Below, one piece after another: positions 40,761-52,074 of a stretch of DNA of 64,000 nucleotides (position 1 is the stretch's first letter; each line of letters begins with the position of its first letter). The position numbers and the translations under genes were made by a program. The DNA comes from Paramoeba atlantica. Its lineage: Eukaryota; Protista; Discosea. Below the pieces are notes generated by a model. That model was not told the DNA's origin and made no database searches. It saw only the letters and a list, made by a program, of their open reading frames with translations. The DNA lies in contig CDRNVI010000013.1 in NCBI GenBank assembly GCA_977017575.1, forward strand, positions 1 through 64,000, given 5' to 3'.

Positions 40761-43700
40761 ATGGGCATGCTCACGCGTGCCAAAGCGAAGGAGACGGGGG
40801 TAGCTCCCGTCGTCCAGTCGCTTCCCCCCACACGCCGGAAGAAGAGACTCCCCGCGGAAAAGCCAACGCTACTACCGCCGCCATCGCCACCACCGCCCCA
40901 GAAGTCGCCACCGCCGCAGCAACGATCGCCACCACCACCACAGCCACCACTGCAGCCACCACCGCAACGACCGGACCAATCGTCAATCAATTTCACGGCC
41001 CCGAAGTCGCGTGAGCCATCATGCAACAGAACGGAGAAAGGCAGCGCGAGTTGCGAAACAAGCGTATCAACAAAGAACACCTCCCTAACCTCTTACCCTT
41101 CAATAGGCAAAGCGTCGCCCGGTAAAATCGTCATCCGTCGACGCGGCACTCGTTATAGATCCTTCCAGCACCTGCTTGATACAATGAAAGAACAGGAGGC
41201 TGTCGCAAAAGAAACCGCCACGAAGGAAGCTGCCGCGAAAGAAGCCGCCGCGCAGGAAGCTGCCGCGAAAGCGATAACAGCGAAACAGGCTTCACAAGAA
41301 GGACTCGAAAAAGTAACTCCAAACCGGGTAGCGGTAAATCAGACAAATCGGCTGGCGGCCTTCGGGAAAGTGGCCGGTTTTGTCGGGAAAACAGTCTGGA
41401 AGGGACTTCAAACCCTCAACGGAGCTCATTTATTGAAGAGAGATGAAAGCCCACTAAAAAAACAATACGTCAACGGCTACTCAAATCATGGGGAGGGATG
41501 GTTTCACGACGTGCGAGGTTTCGACATCTTCTCCGACGCGCCCGAAGGGGATACACCTGATACGTATTTCACGCCTGTAAAACCCGATTATCGGACTCCC
41601 AACGATGATGAAACACCACCTACATGTACATCGCGTGCATCACAATCGGAGCAGGATGAAAATGAAACGGCGGGAGACTTCCACGATTGCGAATCTCCTC
41701 CACCCTTTTCCACCACCAAGGCAGAGGCCGCCGTCTCGAATGCACAGGCTGGACACGCAGAAACAAGAACTCTTTCTCCGCAATATCCTCCCCTCCCAGC
41801 ACCTCTTCCGGTAGACAACGAAAACAACCCGTCGATCCCACTACCGATCGGTGAACTTTACACTGCCGGAGTGGTTGAAAGAGAGGATGATTATAGCATA
41901 GGGGAGATAATTCAACCCACCGAAAATCAGGAAGGTACGACAGAAGGAGGACACGAGCCCGACAAGGTCAACTCGATCGATCCGCACGCAAGACACGACG
42001 ACTTAGAAAGAATTTGCTTCGACGAAGAAGTCGATTCTGGACGGATATGCACTGAGCTTGGGTCTATGTCACCGCAGTCTCACTATCCGATTCCCGCCGA
42101 TCATTTGTGGAATGCCTCGAAACATGTCAAAAAGGGAGCGATGTGCACCATCGCATGGACATTCGATAACCGAGACCAGATCAATATATCTATTGGCAAA
42201 GTTACCAGCGTGAATAGGAGAAAAGGTGCCGCCAAATTGAACTTGCAATACAAAGGTATTGCAGGCCACAAGATCGATGAAGAATTTTTCGGAACGCTGC
42301 CACCACAAGAAACGGTTAGAGTGTACAAAATTATATGGCACTGTACTCCACCGCCCCCAGAAACCTGTCCACCGAAGCTGAACCAGTCGATCCCGCACAT
42401 TCCCAATGCAGCCCTTCCCGTCCCTGATTGGACTGACGACGACCTGGACCGCGCACCTATCCCAACATCACGAGTTATGAGGCCTGAGTTAATACCAGGC
42501 GTCATCGTCACTTACCGAGAAATAATGAGTGACTACGCGAACAGCCCTTACCCACAAAGACATAAAATCTGGCACGCGGTCCTCTCGGCCATGAAAACAT
42601 CCTTAGCTACACTTCGACAACAATCCAATCGCAACAGACGTCGGCGACCATTCCCGCCGGAGGAAACAGCGCGAGACTCAGCCCAACAGAATATGAAAGA
42701 TGGGAAAGCACTTTTGGATCGTTCGAATGGAAAAGAAGACAATGGAGACGAACTTTCGGAGAACAAGGGAGACCTCACGGCTTCTGATAAACGAGCCATT
42801 AAAAGAGCAACACGGCTCGTGATAGAAGGATATGCCAGGAAAGGAGCTCAAGTGCTTGACCGCAAAATTGAGAAGCAATACTTATCCGAAGAAGAGACAT
42901 TCAAGAAACTTCAAGACTTACACCCACAAAACCCATACGAACTTGATCTTCCATGTGACGCCCCCCTAATAGGCGGACTCACCCCTACTGAACTCCGCTC
43001 TGCTGGGTTGCGCCTCGCCAAAGGAGCTAGCCCCGGACCAACTGGTACGACGGACACGATAGTACGCATACTCATCGATGACCCTGTATGCTGCGGGAGT
43101 CTTTGCCACATGATTCAGGACCTGATCAATGGATTTCTCACTAAAGAACTGATGCGCCGATTAACACGAGCAAGGTTAATTGGTATTCCCAAGCCTGATG
43201 GAGGCATCCGCCCGATCGCAATTGGTGAAGTCCTAATGAAACTTTCTGGCTTGGTCCTTGTTCAGCGATTTGAACCCACCCTGCAACCGCTATTTGCGCC
43301 GCTCCAACAAGGAGTTCTATCTAAGTCAGGCTGCGAGAAGATTGTACATCGGCTAAACTCCCTATATCGCGACGGCTCGTGCATCCTATCCGTAGATGTA
43401 AAAAACGCCTTCAACTCCCCATCGCGACCAGCCCTGGCGAAAGCCGTATATGGTCTTGCTACATTGAAACCCTTCCAGAGGTTTTTCCATGCTGAATACG
43501 CAACGGCATCTGAGTTGCTATACTACGGAAATCAAGGTCACCATGTAGGAACAATTCCAAGCACAAATGGTGTCCGACAAGGGTCCACACTTTCATCGGT
43601 TTATTTCTGTGCCCTATTGCAACCAATACTTGAAACTCTGTCTGCAGAGCACCCTGATATCACAATCAACGCTTATTTCGATGATGTAACTATTGCGTCA

Positions 43701-45197
43701 AAAAACCCCGAGCGATTGGCCAGTGCCTTCTCCCGACTAAAAACGCTTCTAGAGGAACAAAATCTAATAGTTGCTCCCAAAAAATGTGTCTGGTTTGGCG
43801 GACTGGAAGAAGAACCATTACCACAAGAATTAGAAAGCGCCGGGGTAATCACCAAAAAAAAAGCAACGAAAATCCTTGGGGCTTTCATCGGGGACGACAA
43901 ATCGGTCAGCGAACGCCTAATACAGTCACTGACGAAGCACAACGACAGCTTCCGACGGCTCAAATTGATGGGGGTTAACAATGTATCGTGCAATCTGCTT
44001 TCCAGATGTATAAACGTTAGACAGGCCTACCACCTCCGTGCACACAACCCCACCGCTTCAGCTGAACTAGCGACCCGATTCGACAAAGAGGTAGAAAACG
44101 TTCTTACATCATGGTTCGGACATCTCTCGGATGAACAAATCGCGTTGCTGCGAATGCCCACAAAAAAAGGAGGACTTGGCTTGACAGACTGCTCTTCCAC
44201 GCGAGAGGCCGCGTACCGCTCCTCATGCCACTCTGTTCTTGAGCGCCCCATAAACAATTCAGCTCGGACAGATGGAATCAGGGAGCGAAATGTTGGATCA
44301 GCGGACCACCTTCAGAGCAACATACCTCCGGTAGACGAAACCACGACGGCGGCTCAAAAGCACATCAAAATTTGGAAAAAGATGACCCGCGAGCAATCAA
44401 ACATAGCGAAGGTACTCGAAAAAGTAACACACAAAGGCAATAACGGATGGACGCACTCTGACGCGCGACTCATACCATCACACCTGTTCAGTCTCGCCGT
44501 CATGCCCCGATTGGGAATCGCTCACCCAGATCTGCCATCACACATCACATGCCCCGGCTGCAGAATTCTTCTTGACTCCGATTCAATCTTGACACACATC
44601 ATGGGCTGTACAAAATGCAGTGGTCTCAATGCCACGACTAAACACAACACTCTGGTCAACTTCATTTACGAACTCTGCATGAAAACAGGCATTCCGTGCG
44701 AAAAGGAGCCCCGTGCACTGTCAACTTTCCGCTGCACACAATGTAACGAGATCGTTAACCCCAATCACCGAAAACTTCACGAGAAAACGTGTGGTGGGCG
44801 GTCGTTTCATCGGTCCGGTCCTGACATTGTTATATATTGGGCAACCGGCGAGATATACTACGATCTAACAGTCATCCACGAATTGGCACCCTCAAACCTT
44901 GACACAAAGTGTGCACATTTATTCCGCGACGCCTGTCGACGAAAACATGACACATACGTCAAGACCGGGAAGATCATGGCTGAAAGCTTTCAATGTATAC
45001 CTGTCCTCTCAGGGGGTGCAATGCATTCAAACACGAAGGCTCTTATGGATGCTCTCGCAGATGCCTGTGGAATGCAGCGCAAACGCGTTTATGCCGAATT
45101 TCAGCTATTGTTGCAGGAGCTTAATGGGGCGGTAGCATATTCACAGCTGAGTCGATACCTTCGCAAGGAGGACAAAAGTCGGGAATATGCCTTCTAA
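40761..45197 (+). CDS. Full-length CRE/SLACS-like non-LTR polyprotein (1478 aa): Pro-rich N-terminus, RT, CCHC, REL endonuclease
   Basis: GASPGPTG, IPKPDGGIRPIAIGE, VDVKNAFN, GVRQGSTLS, YFDD, ILGAFIG, CPGC..H..C, RSGPDIVIYW..YDLTVIH, KHDTY; poly(A) at 45288-45301. Confidence 0.95.
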   Translation: MGMLTRAKAKETGVAPVVQSLPPTRRKKRLPAEKPTLLPPPSPPPPQKSPPPQQRSPPPPQPPLQPPPQRPDQSSINFTAPKSREPSCNRTEKGSASCETSVSTKNTSLTSYPSIGKASPGKIVIRRRGTRYRSFQHLLDTMKEQEAVAKETATKEAAAKEAAAQEAAAKAITAKQASQEGLEKVTPNRVAVNQTNRLAAFGKVAGFVGKTVWKGLQTLNGAHLLKRDESPLKKQYVNGYSNHGEGWFHDVRGFDIFSDAPEGDTPDTYFTPVKPDYRTPNDDETPPTCTSRASQSEQDENETAGDFHDCESPPPFSTTKAEAAVSNAQAGHAETRTLSPQYPPLPAPLPVDNENNPSIPLPIGELYTAGVVEREDDYSIGEIIQPTENQEGTTEGGHEPDKVNSIDPHARHDDLERICFDEEVDSGRICTELGSMSPQSHYPIPADHLWNASKHVKKGAMCTIAWTFDNRDQINISIGKVTSVNRRKGAAKLNLQYKGIAGHKIDEEFFGTLPPQETVRVYKIIWHCTPPPPETCPPKLNQSIPHIPNAALPVPDWTDDDLDRAPIPTSRVMRPELIPGVIVTYREIMSDYANSPYPQRHKIWHAVLSAMKTSLATLRQQSNRNRRRRPFPPEETARDSAQQNMKDGKALLDRSNGKEDNGDELSENKGDLTASDKRAIKRATRLVIEGYARKGAQVLDRKIEKQYLSEEETFKKLQDLHPQNPYELDLPCDAPLIGGLTPTELRSAGLRLAKGASPGPTGTTDTIVRILIDDPVCCGSLCHMIQDLINGFLTKELMRRLTRARLIGIPKPDGGIRPIAIGEVLMKLSGLVLVQRFEPTLQPLFAPLQQGVLSKSGCEKIVHRLNSLYRDGSCILSVDVKNAFNSPSRPALAKAVYGLATLKPFQRFFHAEYATASELLYYGNQGHHVGTIPSTNGVRQGSTLSSVYFCALLQPILETLSAEHPDITINAYFDDVTIASKNPERLASAFSRLKTLLEEQNLIVAPKKCVWFGGLEEEPLPQELESAGVITKKKATKILGAFIGDDKSVSERLIQSLTKHNDSFRRLKLMGVNNVSCNLLSRCINVRQAYHLRAHNPTASAELATRFDKEVENVLTSWFGHLSDEQIALLRMPTKKGGLGLTDCSSTREAAYRSSCHSVLERPINNSARTDGIRERNVGSADHLQSNIPPVDETTTAAQKHIKIWKKMTREQSNIAKVLEKVTHKGNNGWTHSDARLIPSHLFSLAVMPRLGIAHPDLPSHITCPGCRILLDSDSILTHIMGCTKCSGLNATTKHNTLVNFIYELCMKTGIPCEKEPRALSTFRCTQCNEIVNPNHRKLHEKTCGGRSFHRSGPDIVIYWATGEIYYDLTVIHELAPSNLDTKCAHLFRDACRRKHDTYVKTGKIMAESFQCIPVLSGGAMHSNTKALMDALADACGMQRKRVYAEFQLLLQELNGAVAYSQLSRYLRKEDKSREYAF

Positions 45198-45419
45198 AGC
45201 ACGGAACAATGCGCCTTCGCCAGTGCACTGATTTCAATTCGCTGAGAATCTAACGCTGAGAATCTAAGAACATATAATATAAGAATGAAAAAAAAAAAAA
45301 ACTATAAAAGTTTACGAAAAAAAATCATCGGTGCGTACCCAAAAGCCAAGACAGAATTAGAAAAATCCATCATTCGGCACAAGCTTTTAAATGCACCCAG
45401 AGACTCCTTGGCCACGATT

Positions 45420-45560
45420 CGGAAAAGCTGAGCGGTGCTACGTCCAACATTTGATTGCGATAGCTCGTGGACGATGGTGAAATCGTAGTATACATCTCCG
45501 CTTGCCCAATGAATCACGATATCTGGGCCCGAATGATAAAAAGATCCGGATCCGCAGGTT
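45420..45560 (-). pseudogene. Small REL endonuclease fragment of a CRE-like element
   Basis: HSGPDIVIHWASGDVYYDFTIVHELSQSN. Confidence 0.8.
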
Positions 45561-46190
45561 CTTTGGTGATTTTTTTTTTTTTTTTTAATTCGGGGGGAGA
45601 TTTGTTTCGGGGGGAAAACCCCCGGTAGGGGGCATCCTGAATAATGAGGTCCCATCTCCTTTGATCAATTCTTATCGTAAACTTTTAGAGCCTTGACGAA
45701 CACCTGCATTGCTCTTTTTTTTTCGGTTTTCAGAAAAATCATATTATATTTCGGGGACAATAATTCGTATATATGCATTTGGGGATTTAATCCTTTTGTT
45801 TAGTGTCACTGTCTGTGAACATTCATCTCAGTTTCTTTTCATAGACTTTCAGTGTTTACGAATAGCCTTCACACAACACAAAATCAACAAACAGAACAAT
45901 ATTTCTACCAGAAACAATACATACAAGTTCTCACGATTCTGCATAGGCGGAAGAGGGGGAAGAGTAGTAGTATTAATGAGAAACCTAAACAACGGTACGA
46001 TCATCAAGGAAACTAGCAACATTCGTAACTCTCAATGAAATCTAATATTAGGATTAGGATTCGTAGGAGGAGGAAAGGGGGGAGAGCTCGCTGAGGTCTT
46101 TCTCTAGGCAAGAGAAAGAGTAAAGAAAAGAGAGAGAAGGGAAGGGAGAAAGACAGAAAGCTTTGTTCGCATTTGAGGAACATTTTTGAC

Positions 46191-49100
46191 CTAAGATCGA
46201 AGTCCTCCGATCCAGTTCTCCTTCGGGATGTAATGACGAAGTTGCGAAACAACCGTGTATGCCGTCATCTTTTCGATTTCGAGCTGAAGGGCTTGCCGTA
46301 CGTTTTCGTATTTTAACTGGGCTCGGTTCGCCAACGCCTTCAACAGCACTTTCGTGTCGTTATGTAGTAGGCCACAATCAGTTGTGGCCAGGCAACGAAA
46401 AGAATCGCTATCGACGCCTTTTTCTACGACGTATTTCTTGAACTTCTTATCAATAACTTGCTGCATCAGTGCTGTGCTAGTTTGTTTGGCATAGCTGGCG
46501 CAGCAAGTGTGAACAACGGTGAAATCGTACAGGACTTCCCCCATGTGGGGCCACATGATGGCAAGGTCGGGGCCAGAACGAATGCGGCGGGCTTTGCACG
46601 GATGTTGCTCGGAAACCTCGGCTGAGATGGTGCATTTACATTTCGTGCAGAAATAGGAGGAATATATGCGTGGCTCAATGACCGAAGGCAATCCAGCTTT
46701 GGAACACAAATCGGCGAGATAACGGACGATGTGGGAGTGCTTGCGCGTACAGTTCATTCCTGAGCACCGGGAGCATCCTGCGACGTGGGAAATGATACTG
46801 GAAGGCGACTCTTGACTGCAGCAGCCCGGACAAGTAATCTTAGCGGGTGCTTTCGAAAGACCGATTCCCAAGCGCATCATAAGCGTGTAGCGAAAAAGGT
46901 ATGGATTTATATAATTACTAGTGCTCTCGAGATGAAGATTTGCTTCTTTCGTGCGCTTCAAGATGTGTTCTATTCGACCGTTTTTCTTCAACTCTGCCAG
47001 TTGTTTCTCGTGCTCAGTGGTCATTTTCTTCTTCAGTAGCTTTTGAGCAATTTCTCCGCGACTCTGAGCCTTCGCGCTTGTTTTGTTCCCGCCTGTAAGA
47101 TCTACCGGAGCGTAAGTGGGTTGAAAGTGCTCATCAATAGATGTTTGGGAGGATTCAAAAAAGAACTTTTGCTTGAGAACGGAGGAAATCAGACCTAAGC
47201 CACCAAGCTTTTGTGGGAGTGCTGCAAGTTGAAAGGCGGTTTCATCGGCGCCGCACCATTTTTCAACAACCTTGTGAACTTGTTTCTCAAATGCTTCTGC
47301 AAGTCGTCGGGTAGCATGGGGTCGATGTACCCTTAAATGATAGTCTTGCCGGGGGATCATACATCGCCGTAGAATGGCCAGAGATAGGTTACTAGGTCCC
47401 ATGAGCAGGAGGCGACGAAAGAGGCATTGGTGTTTGCTCATTTTCTTGATAAGTAGGTCCTCCACAATCTCATCTCCGCCAATATAAGCCCCGAGAATTT
47501 TTAGTGTATCTGTGCGGAAATTGACGCCTAACCCCTCCAATGAAGATTCGCCAGTGCATGGGGTGTCTTTCTGAAACCATTCACACTTTTCAAACTTAAC
47601 TTGAAGGTTAATCTCTCCGGTGATTTCCCGTAGGTGCAGGAACGCTGCCTCGAGCGATTTCACATTTTTGGAGCTTAGAGTCACGTCGTCTTGATATGCT
47701 CGAATATTGACATCGGGATAGAGGCCGGCAACTTCACGAAGTGGTCCCTGTAAAAGCGCGCAGAAATACATCGAAGATAGAGCAGACCCTTGACGAATTC
47801 CAGAGGTGCTGTCGATGGTTGCGAAAAGGGAGTTATGCGCAAAGAAAAGTAGCTCGGAAGGAAGCCCATACTCTAGAAAGAAAAGCCGCATAAAGGGTTT
47901 GAAAATCGGATTCTCGGTCAGTGACTTTGCAATGGCATCGCGATGTGGCGTGTTATATGCGTTGCTAAAATCCACCGTCAGCAGTGCATGTCCCTCGTCG
48001 TATTCTCGCAACAACTCATGAATAATGGACTCACACGCATTTTTATGGAGCACTCCTCGTTGGATAGGCGCAAAGAAACCCTTTAGATTAGATTCGTGTC
48101 GCTGAAGCAAGATCGATCCGCATATTTTCAAAATGGTGTCACCCATGGCTACCGGTCGTATTCCATTTTGTGGCTTCGGGAGGGCAATTATTCTACATCG
48201 TGTGAGTCGCTTTCGAACGCTAAAAGGAATCTCACCGTTGATGACATCACGGATCATGTGGCATAATGAAAGGCACGCTTCATCGTCATCGGCGAGCAAC
48301 CGCACCATGCTTTCACTTGATCCACTCGGCCCTGGAGAGGCTCCCTTTGCCAATCTTTCGACTGCTAGGCGGAATTCCGATTGTTCGACAACAGCAATCC
48401 TAGGAAAATCAGCTATAGGGATGTCAATGGCGGGGCCTTCTGGATGAAGCTCTTTGAGTTTCCGAACTTTTTCCTCGGCTGTCAGCGGGGAATCTCGATA
48501 AATGTTGTCGAGAATGCGGACCGCTTTACCAGTATTCCCAGCTCGCGCCGTGTTTAAAGCATTGCGAATCGAGCGTTTGTCTATTTGTAGTTCTTCACGT
48601 TCTTCAGGGGTGAGGGAGTTATCCGCGTCAAGATGCTCCATCTTTCTGACATGGCCTACAGTTGTGGTTCGTCTAGCTAAGGTGCGAACTGAAGCCAAGG
48701 AGTCTCGAGGGGCGTTGAGGAATTTGTGCCATATTGCTTCCTTTTCAGAGTCGAGCTTTGCATTTGAGTAACCGCGGATGATGGCACGAAAGATAGCCAC
48801 CACATGGACTGAGAAAGATGGATCAATTCGCGCCATATGTGGCAGAGGTTCGAGATCACTTTGACCATCTTCAGATGAAATTTTAGATGCTTCTTCTTCA
48901 AAGTTCTTTGCCTGCACCTCAACTTTAACAAGTTTAGTCGCCCGAAGACTACAAATTTTGATTTTGCTAGATTGGGGAAGATAAAGAAAACCTTTGGGGC
49001 CGTCGTTCCCAGGAGCTGGCTCATAGGAAATCTTAATTTTCACCTGCCCTTGTCTTGCGGATCGTCCAACTACCGTTCCTTTTGATTTGTATGTCGTAGA

Positions 49101-49676
49101 GCTTTGTCGAAAACCCCATTCCATCACGCATTCCGTACCTTTTCCCCAATGTGCTACAACTTTGTGAACATGATCTGCTGCTTTAAAGTTGTTGCTGTTC
49201 GTCCCCATCAGTCGCTCCACCTCGCTTTCGCTATCCAGTGACATGGTGTCGTCGACTCCAGCGACATCGTGATCGTAGTCCGAGTCGTCATTTTCCATTT
49301 CGTTCCCGTTCGGAATATTGTCTGCTGCCGGATGCTGCGCTGAAGTTTTACAATCAATGGTGGATTTGATCGCGCGATCCAAATTAAATCTCTGCGAAGT
49401 AATTTTAATGATGTTTTTATTGTCGGCTTGAGATGGAGTTTTGTTTTGTTCGTCCAGTGTCATCCCGTGATCGACCCAATTTTTCGACAGGGGCGTAGAC
49501 CCAATGATGCGGATGCGTGGGGTCTTCTTAGGTTTCTCCGACGCCGAAGCCATACTCTTCACCTCGTTGTTCTCATTGTTGTTCTGCTCTTGTTTTCGTA
49601 ATTTTACCGTCAATCTACATGATTTCACACCGAAGCCTTTCGACGTCTGAGAAGTTCCACGGGCAAGGCGTGCCAT
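46191..49676 (-). CDS. Full-length CRE/SLACS-like polyprotein, divergent family (1161 aa)
   Basis: GASPGPSG, LPKPQNGIRPVAMGD, VDFSNAYN, GIRQGSALS, YQDD, CPGC..H..C, RSGPDLAIMW..YDFTVVH; SL remnant upstream. Confidence 0.94.
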   Translation of the reverse strand: MARLARGTSQTSKGFGVKSCRLTVKLRKQEQNNNENNEVKSMASASEKPKKTPRIRIIGSTPLSKNWVDHGMTLDEQNKTPSQADNKNIIKITSQRFNLDRAIKSTIDCKTSAQHPAADNIPNGNEMENDDSDYDHDVAGVDDTMSLDSESEVERLMGTNSNNFKAADHVHKVVAHWGKGTECVMEWGFRQSSTTYKSKGTVVGRSARQGQVKIKISYEPAPGNDGPKGFLYLPQSSKIKICSLRATKLVKVEVQAKNFEEEASKISSEDGQSDLEPLPHMARIDPSFSVHVVAIFRAIIRGYSNAKLDSEKEAIWHKFLNAPRDSLASVRTLARRTTTVGHVRKMEHLDADNSLTPEEREELQIDKRSIRNALNTARAGNTGKAVRILDNIYRDSPLTAEEKVRKLKELHPEGPAIDIPIADFPRIAVVEQSEFRLAVERLAKGASPGPSGSSESMVRLLADDDEACLSLCHMIRDVINGEIPFSVRKRLTRCRIIALPKPQNGIRPVAMGDTILKICGSILLQRHESNLKGFFAPIQRGVLHKNACESIIHELLREYDEGHALLTVDFSNAYNTPHRDAIAKSLTENPIFKPFMRLFFLEYGLPSELLFFAHNSLFATIDSTSGIRQGSALSSMYFCALLQGPLREVAGLYPDVNIRAYQDDVTLSSKNVKSLEAAFLHLREITGEINLQVKFEKCEWFQKDTPCTGESSLEGLGVNFRTDTLKILGAYIGGDEIVEDLLIKKMSKHQCLFRRLLLMGPSNLSLAILRRCMIPRQDYHLRVHRPHATRRLAEAFEKQVHKVVEKWCGADETAFQLAALPQKLGGLGLISSVLKQKFFFESSQTSIDEHFQPTYAPVDLTGGNKTSAKAQSRGEIAQKLLKKKMTTEHEKQLAELKKNGRIEHILKRTKEANLHLESTSNYINPYLFRYTLMMRLGIGLSKAPAKITCPGCCSQESPSSIISHVAGCSRCSGMNCTRKHSHIVRYLADLCSKAGLPSVIEPRIYSSYFCTKCKCTISAEVSEQHPCKARRIRSGPDLAIMWPHMGEVLYDFTVVHTCCASYAKQTSTALMQQVIDKKFKKYVVEKGVDSDSFRCLATTDCGLLHNDTKVLLKALANRAQLKYENVRQALQLEIEKMTAYTVVSQLRHYIPKENWIGGLRS

Positions 49677-49713
49677 GAAGCGATTAAAAAAGAGTAGAAA
49701 AAGAAAAATAATT

Positions 49714-49726
49714 CAACAAGGTACAG
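49714..49726 (-). other. Truncated SL-like remnant (CTGTACCTTGTTG)
   Basis: The 3' 13 nt of the 35-mer, 37 nt before ATG 49676. Confidence 0.68.
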
Positions 49727-51000
49727 GTTGGTGATGGGATTTGCCGTCGCCATCCACGCTTGCTCCACATTTTGCGCAAGTATAGGTGGAGAACTGTCTG
49801 GGTTCCAGCTCACAGGGCAGACCTGATTTTATGCATAATTCATAAATATTCCGAACCATCCTGTTGTGCTTTGCCGTTGCGTTATTGCCTGAACATTTGA
49901 CGCACCCGGACACGTGCGTGAGCGCTGTACGGGGGGTAAGTAATGCATGGCACCCTGGACACTGTAAATTGGAGGGGAGGCTCGGATGTGCAATCCCAAT
50001 GCATGGCATAACTGCTAACTTGAAAAGTCGCGTAGGTACAAGTCTAGAATTTGAGGTGAGCCATGAATAGTTACCTTTGGAGCTAGCTGCTCGTATTATG
50101 TGGGCTTGCGTTTTGTCTGTCATTAATTTGTCCCGTATGTCGTTGTGGTAGAGTTCCTCGGTGACTTCTTCTTCCTCCGTAGGGGCGTGCTGGCTGAGTT
50201 GAGGTTGGCTCTGCACTACGCCTAAACGAGCGGCGGGAGCTGAAAGGTGAGATGGTCGCTCCGTTGCTGCAAGTTTCGAACGAGTGTAGGCTGCCTCTCG
50301 AAGAGGTTCTGAGGGAGTAAGTCCAAGCCCGCCTTTTTTGAGGGGAAGGCGTGCCCAAGAAAGTTGTTCTGCTGTGAGTTCTCCAAACCACGTCTGTAGC
50401 GTATCTGATACCCTGGAGTCGAATTGTCGCGTAAGGTGCAATGATGAATTGCACTTCCGGAAGAAAAACATATAGTCAATCAGATATAGTAAGCGTATGT
50501 AAACTGTAATGTTTAATCTGTAGAACTACAGAGCTACCGAAATATAACATCCATCATGGACAACAGAGTAAAAGACATTATCTTCACCAGTACTGTAATA
50601 TCAACTTCGCGAAGTATCAAATCTATTTTATATACCTCATGAACTTTTTCCTGGAGAGAACTCCCTTCCCTCCCTTTCTCGAACGGGTGTCCGACGTAGA
50701 CGACGGAAGATAGTTTGGTGCTTTTCGAGCTTTTGCAGAAGCTTCTCACTTACGATGTCTGGTTCTCCAACAAAAGCCCCCAGAACCTTTATCGCTTGTG
50801 CTTCAGTTGCCACGCCAGCTCCTTGTAATGGATTCGGAAGAGGGATTTTTTGTGTTCCTTCGAACCAGACACACTTTTGAGGGGCCATATCCACTCGTTT
50901 CTCGAGCAGCAGTTCCCTTAGGCGGAAGTAAGCTTTTGCGATAAGTTCCGGCTCGGTTGACGCAATGCTGATATCGTCAATGTAGGCATAGATCCGTGGG
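49727..51000 (-). pseudogene. CRE/SLACS-like RT C-terminal/Zn-finger fragment with an internal foreign segment (about 50470-50695)
   Basis: YPRIYAYIDD, PQKCVWF, VLGAFVG, KHQTIFRRL, then FDSRV..GGLGL..CPGC..HVSGC. Confidence 0.82.
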
Positions 51001-51002
51001 TA

Positions 51003-52067
51003 GGGGGGACCTTCGATGAATCTTCATCGAAGGTGTTTTTGACATTTTTTTTATTTTTTTAAATCTTCACGCAAACGGTTTTCGCGGATCCATATAGACA
51101 TTTTGACTTTTTTGGTGCATCATCGAAGTGTTTTGTGAAGGCTCGTAGAGGAATTTCACCGTTTCTTCAGTTTATCTTCATCGAAGCGTTTTTGACTGAT
51201 CCATATACATATTTTGAGCGACAATCCTGCGGAAGGGGTAAACACAGCATTTTCGTTGAGTACTCAACGAAGTGCCGGATTTTCGTTGAGTACTCAACGA
51301 ACGGAAATTCACGGTGGAAATCAAGGACTTTTGCATAAGTCAAGGACTTTTGTGGAACATCCAAGAATTTTTTTTTGATTTTCATTTTCCGTGCGTTCAG
51401 TATCCTACACTTCGCTATATACGTTGACAACGCCTGCGTAGCGAAAACTACGAAATTCAGTGAGCTTCGCAAATTGCTTCCCACTAACGACGCACAGGGG
51501 AACCCTACGCGGGGTACGGCTCAGGCCCGCTCACGCGGGCCCTCGCCGTTTCGCGGCCGCGCGCACCCCCGCTCACGCGGGGGCCCCCGCGCGGCCAAAA
51601 TGGGTACTAAAATTTGTTATCAAGGTAGTTGGGCTTCGCAAATTGCTTCCCACGAATGGGTACTAAAATTTGTTATCAAGGTAGTTGGTCAAGATTATCA
51701 AGATTATCAAGTAGTTATCAGTTGGGCCTTTCTTCCTCCTCCCTCTAAGGTCCTGCAGATTTTTTACGGTCACAGGGTACGTTCGTTGAGAAATCAACGA
51801 ACGTACCCCCAAGCCAAAATGTGAAAGAAAACGGAAAGTCAGAATTCAGACAAAAAAACAAAAAATTATTGAAATTAAAATGAAATTATATGTTTCATGC
51901 AACGTGTTTTCAACAGCCAATGGAAAAATTCGTTCAAAAACAAAAAGTTAAAAAAGTCAAAAAAAGTCAAAAACACCTTCGATGAAGATTCATCGAAAGT
52001 GTACAACTTTCGATGTGCTTCATCGAAAGTGTACAACTTTCGATGAAGATTCATCGAAGGTCCCCCC
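51003..52067. mobile_element. About 1.07-kb MITE-like element with perfect terminal inverted repeats, flanked by TA
   Basis: TAGGGGGGACCTTCGATGAATCTTCATCGAA (51001-51031) is the exact reverse complement of 52039-52069. Non-coding, with many internal palindromes. Confidence 0.82.
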
Positions 52068-52074
52068 TAGCCCT

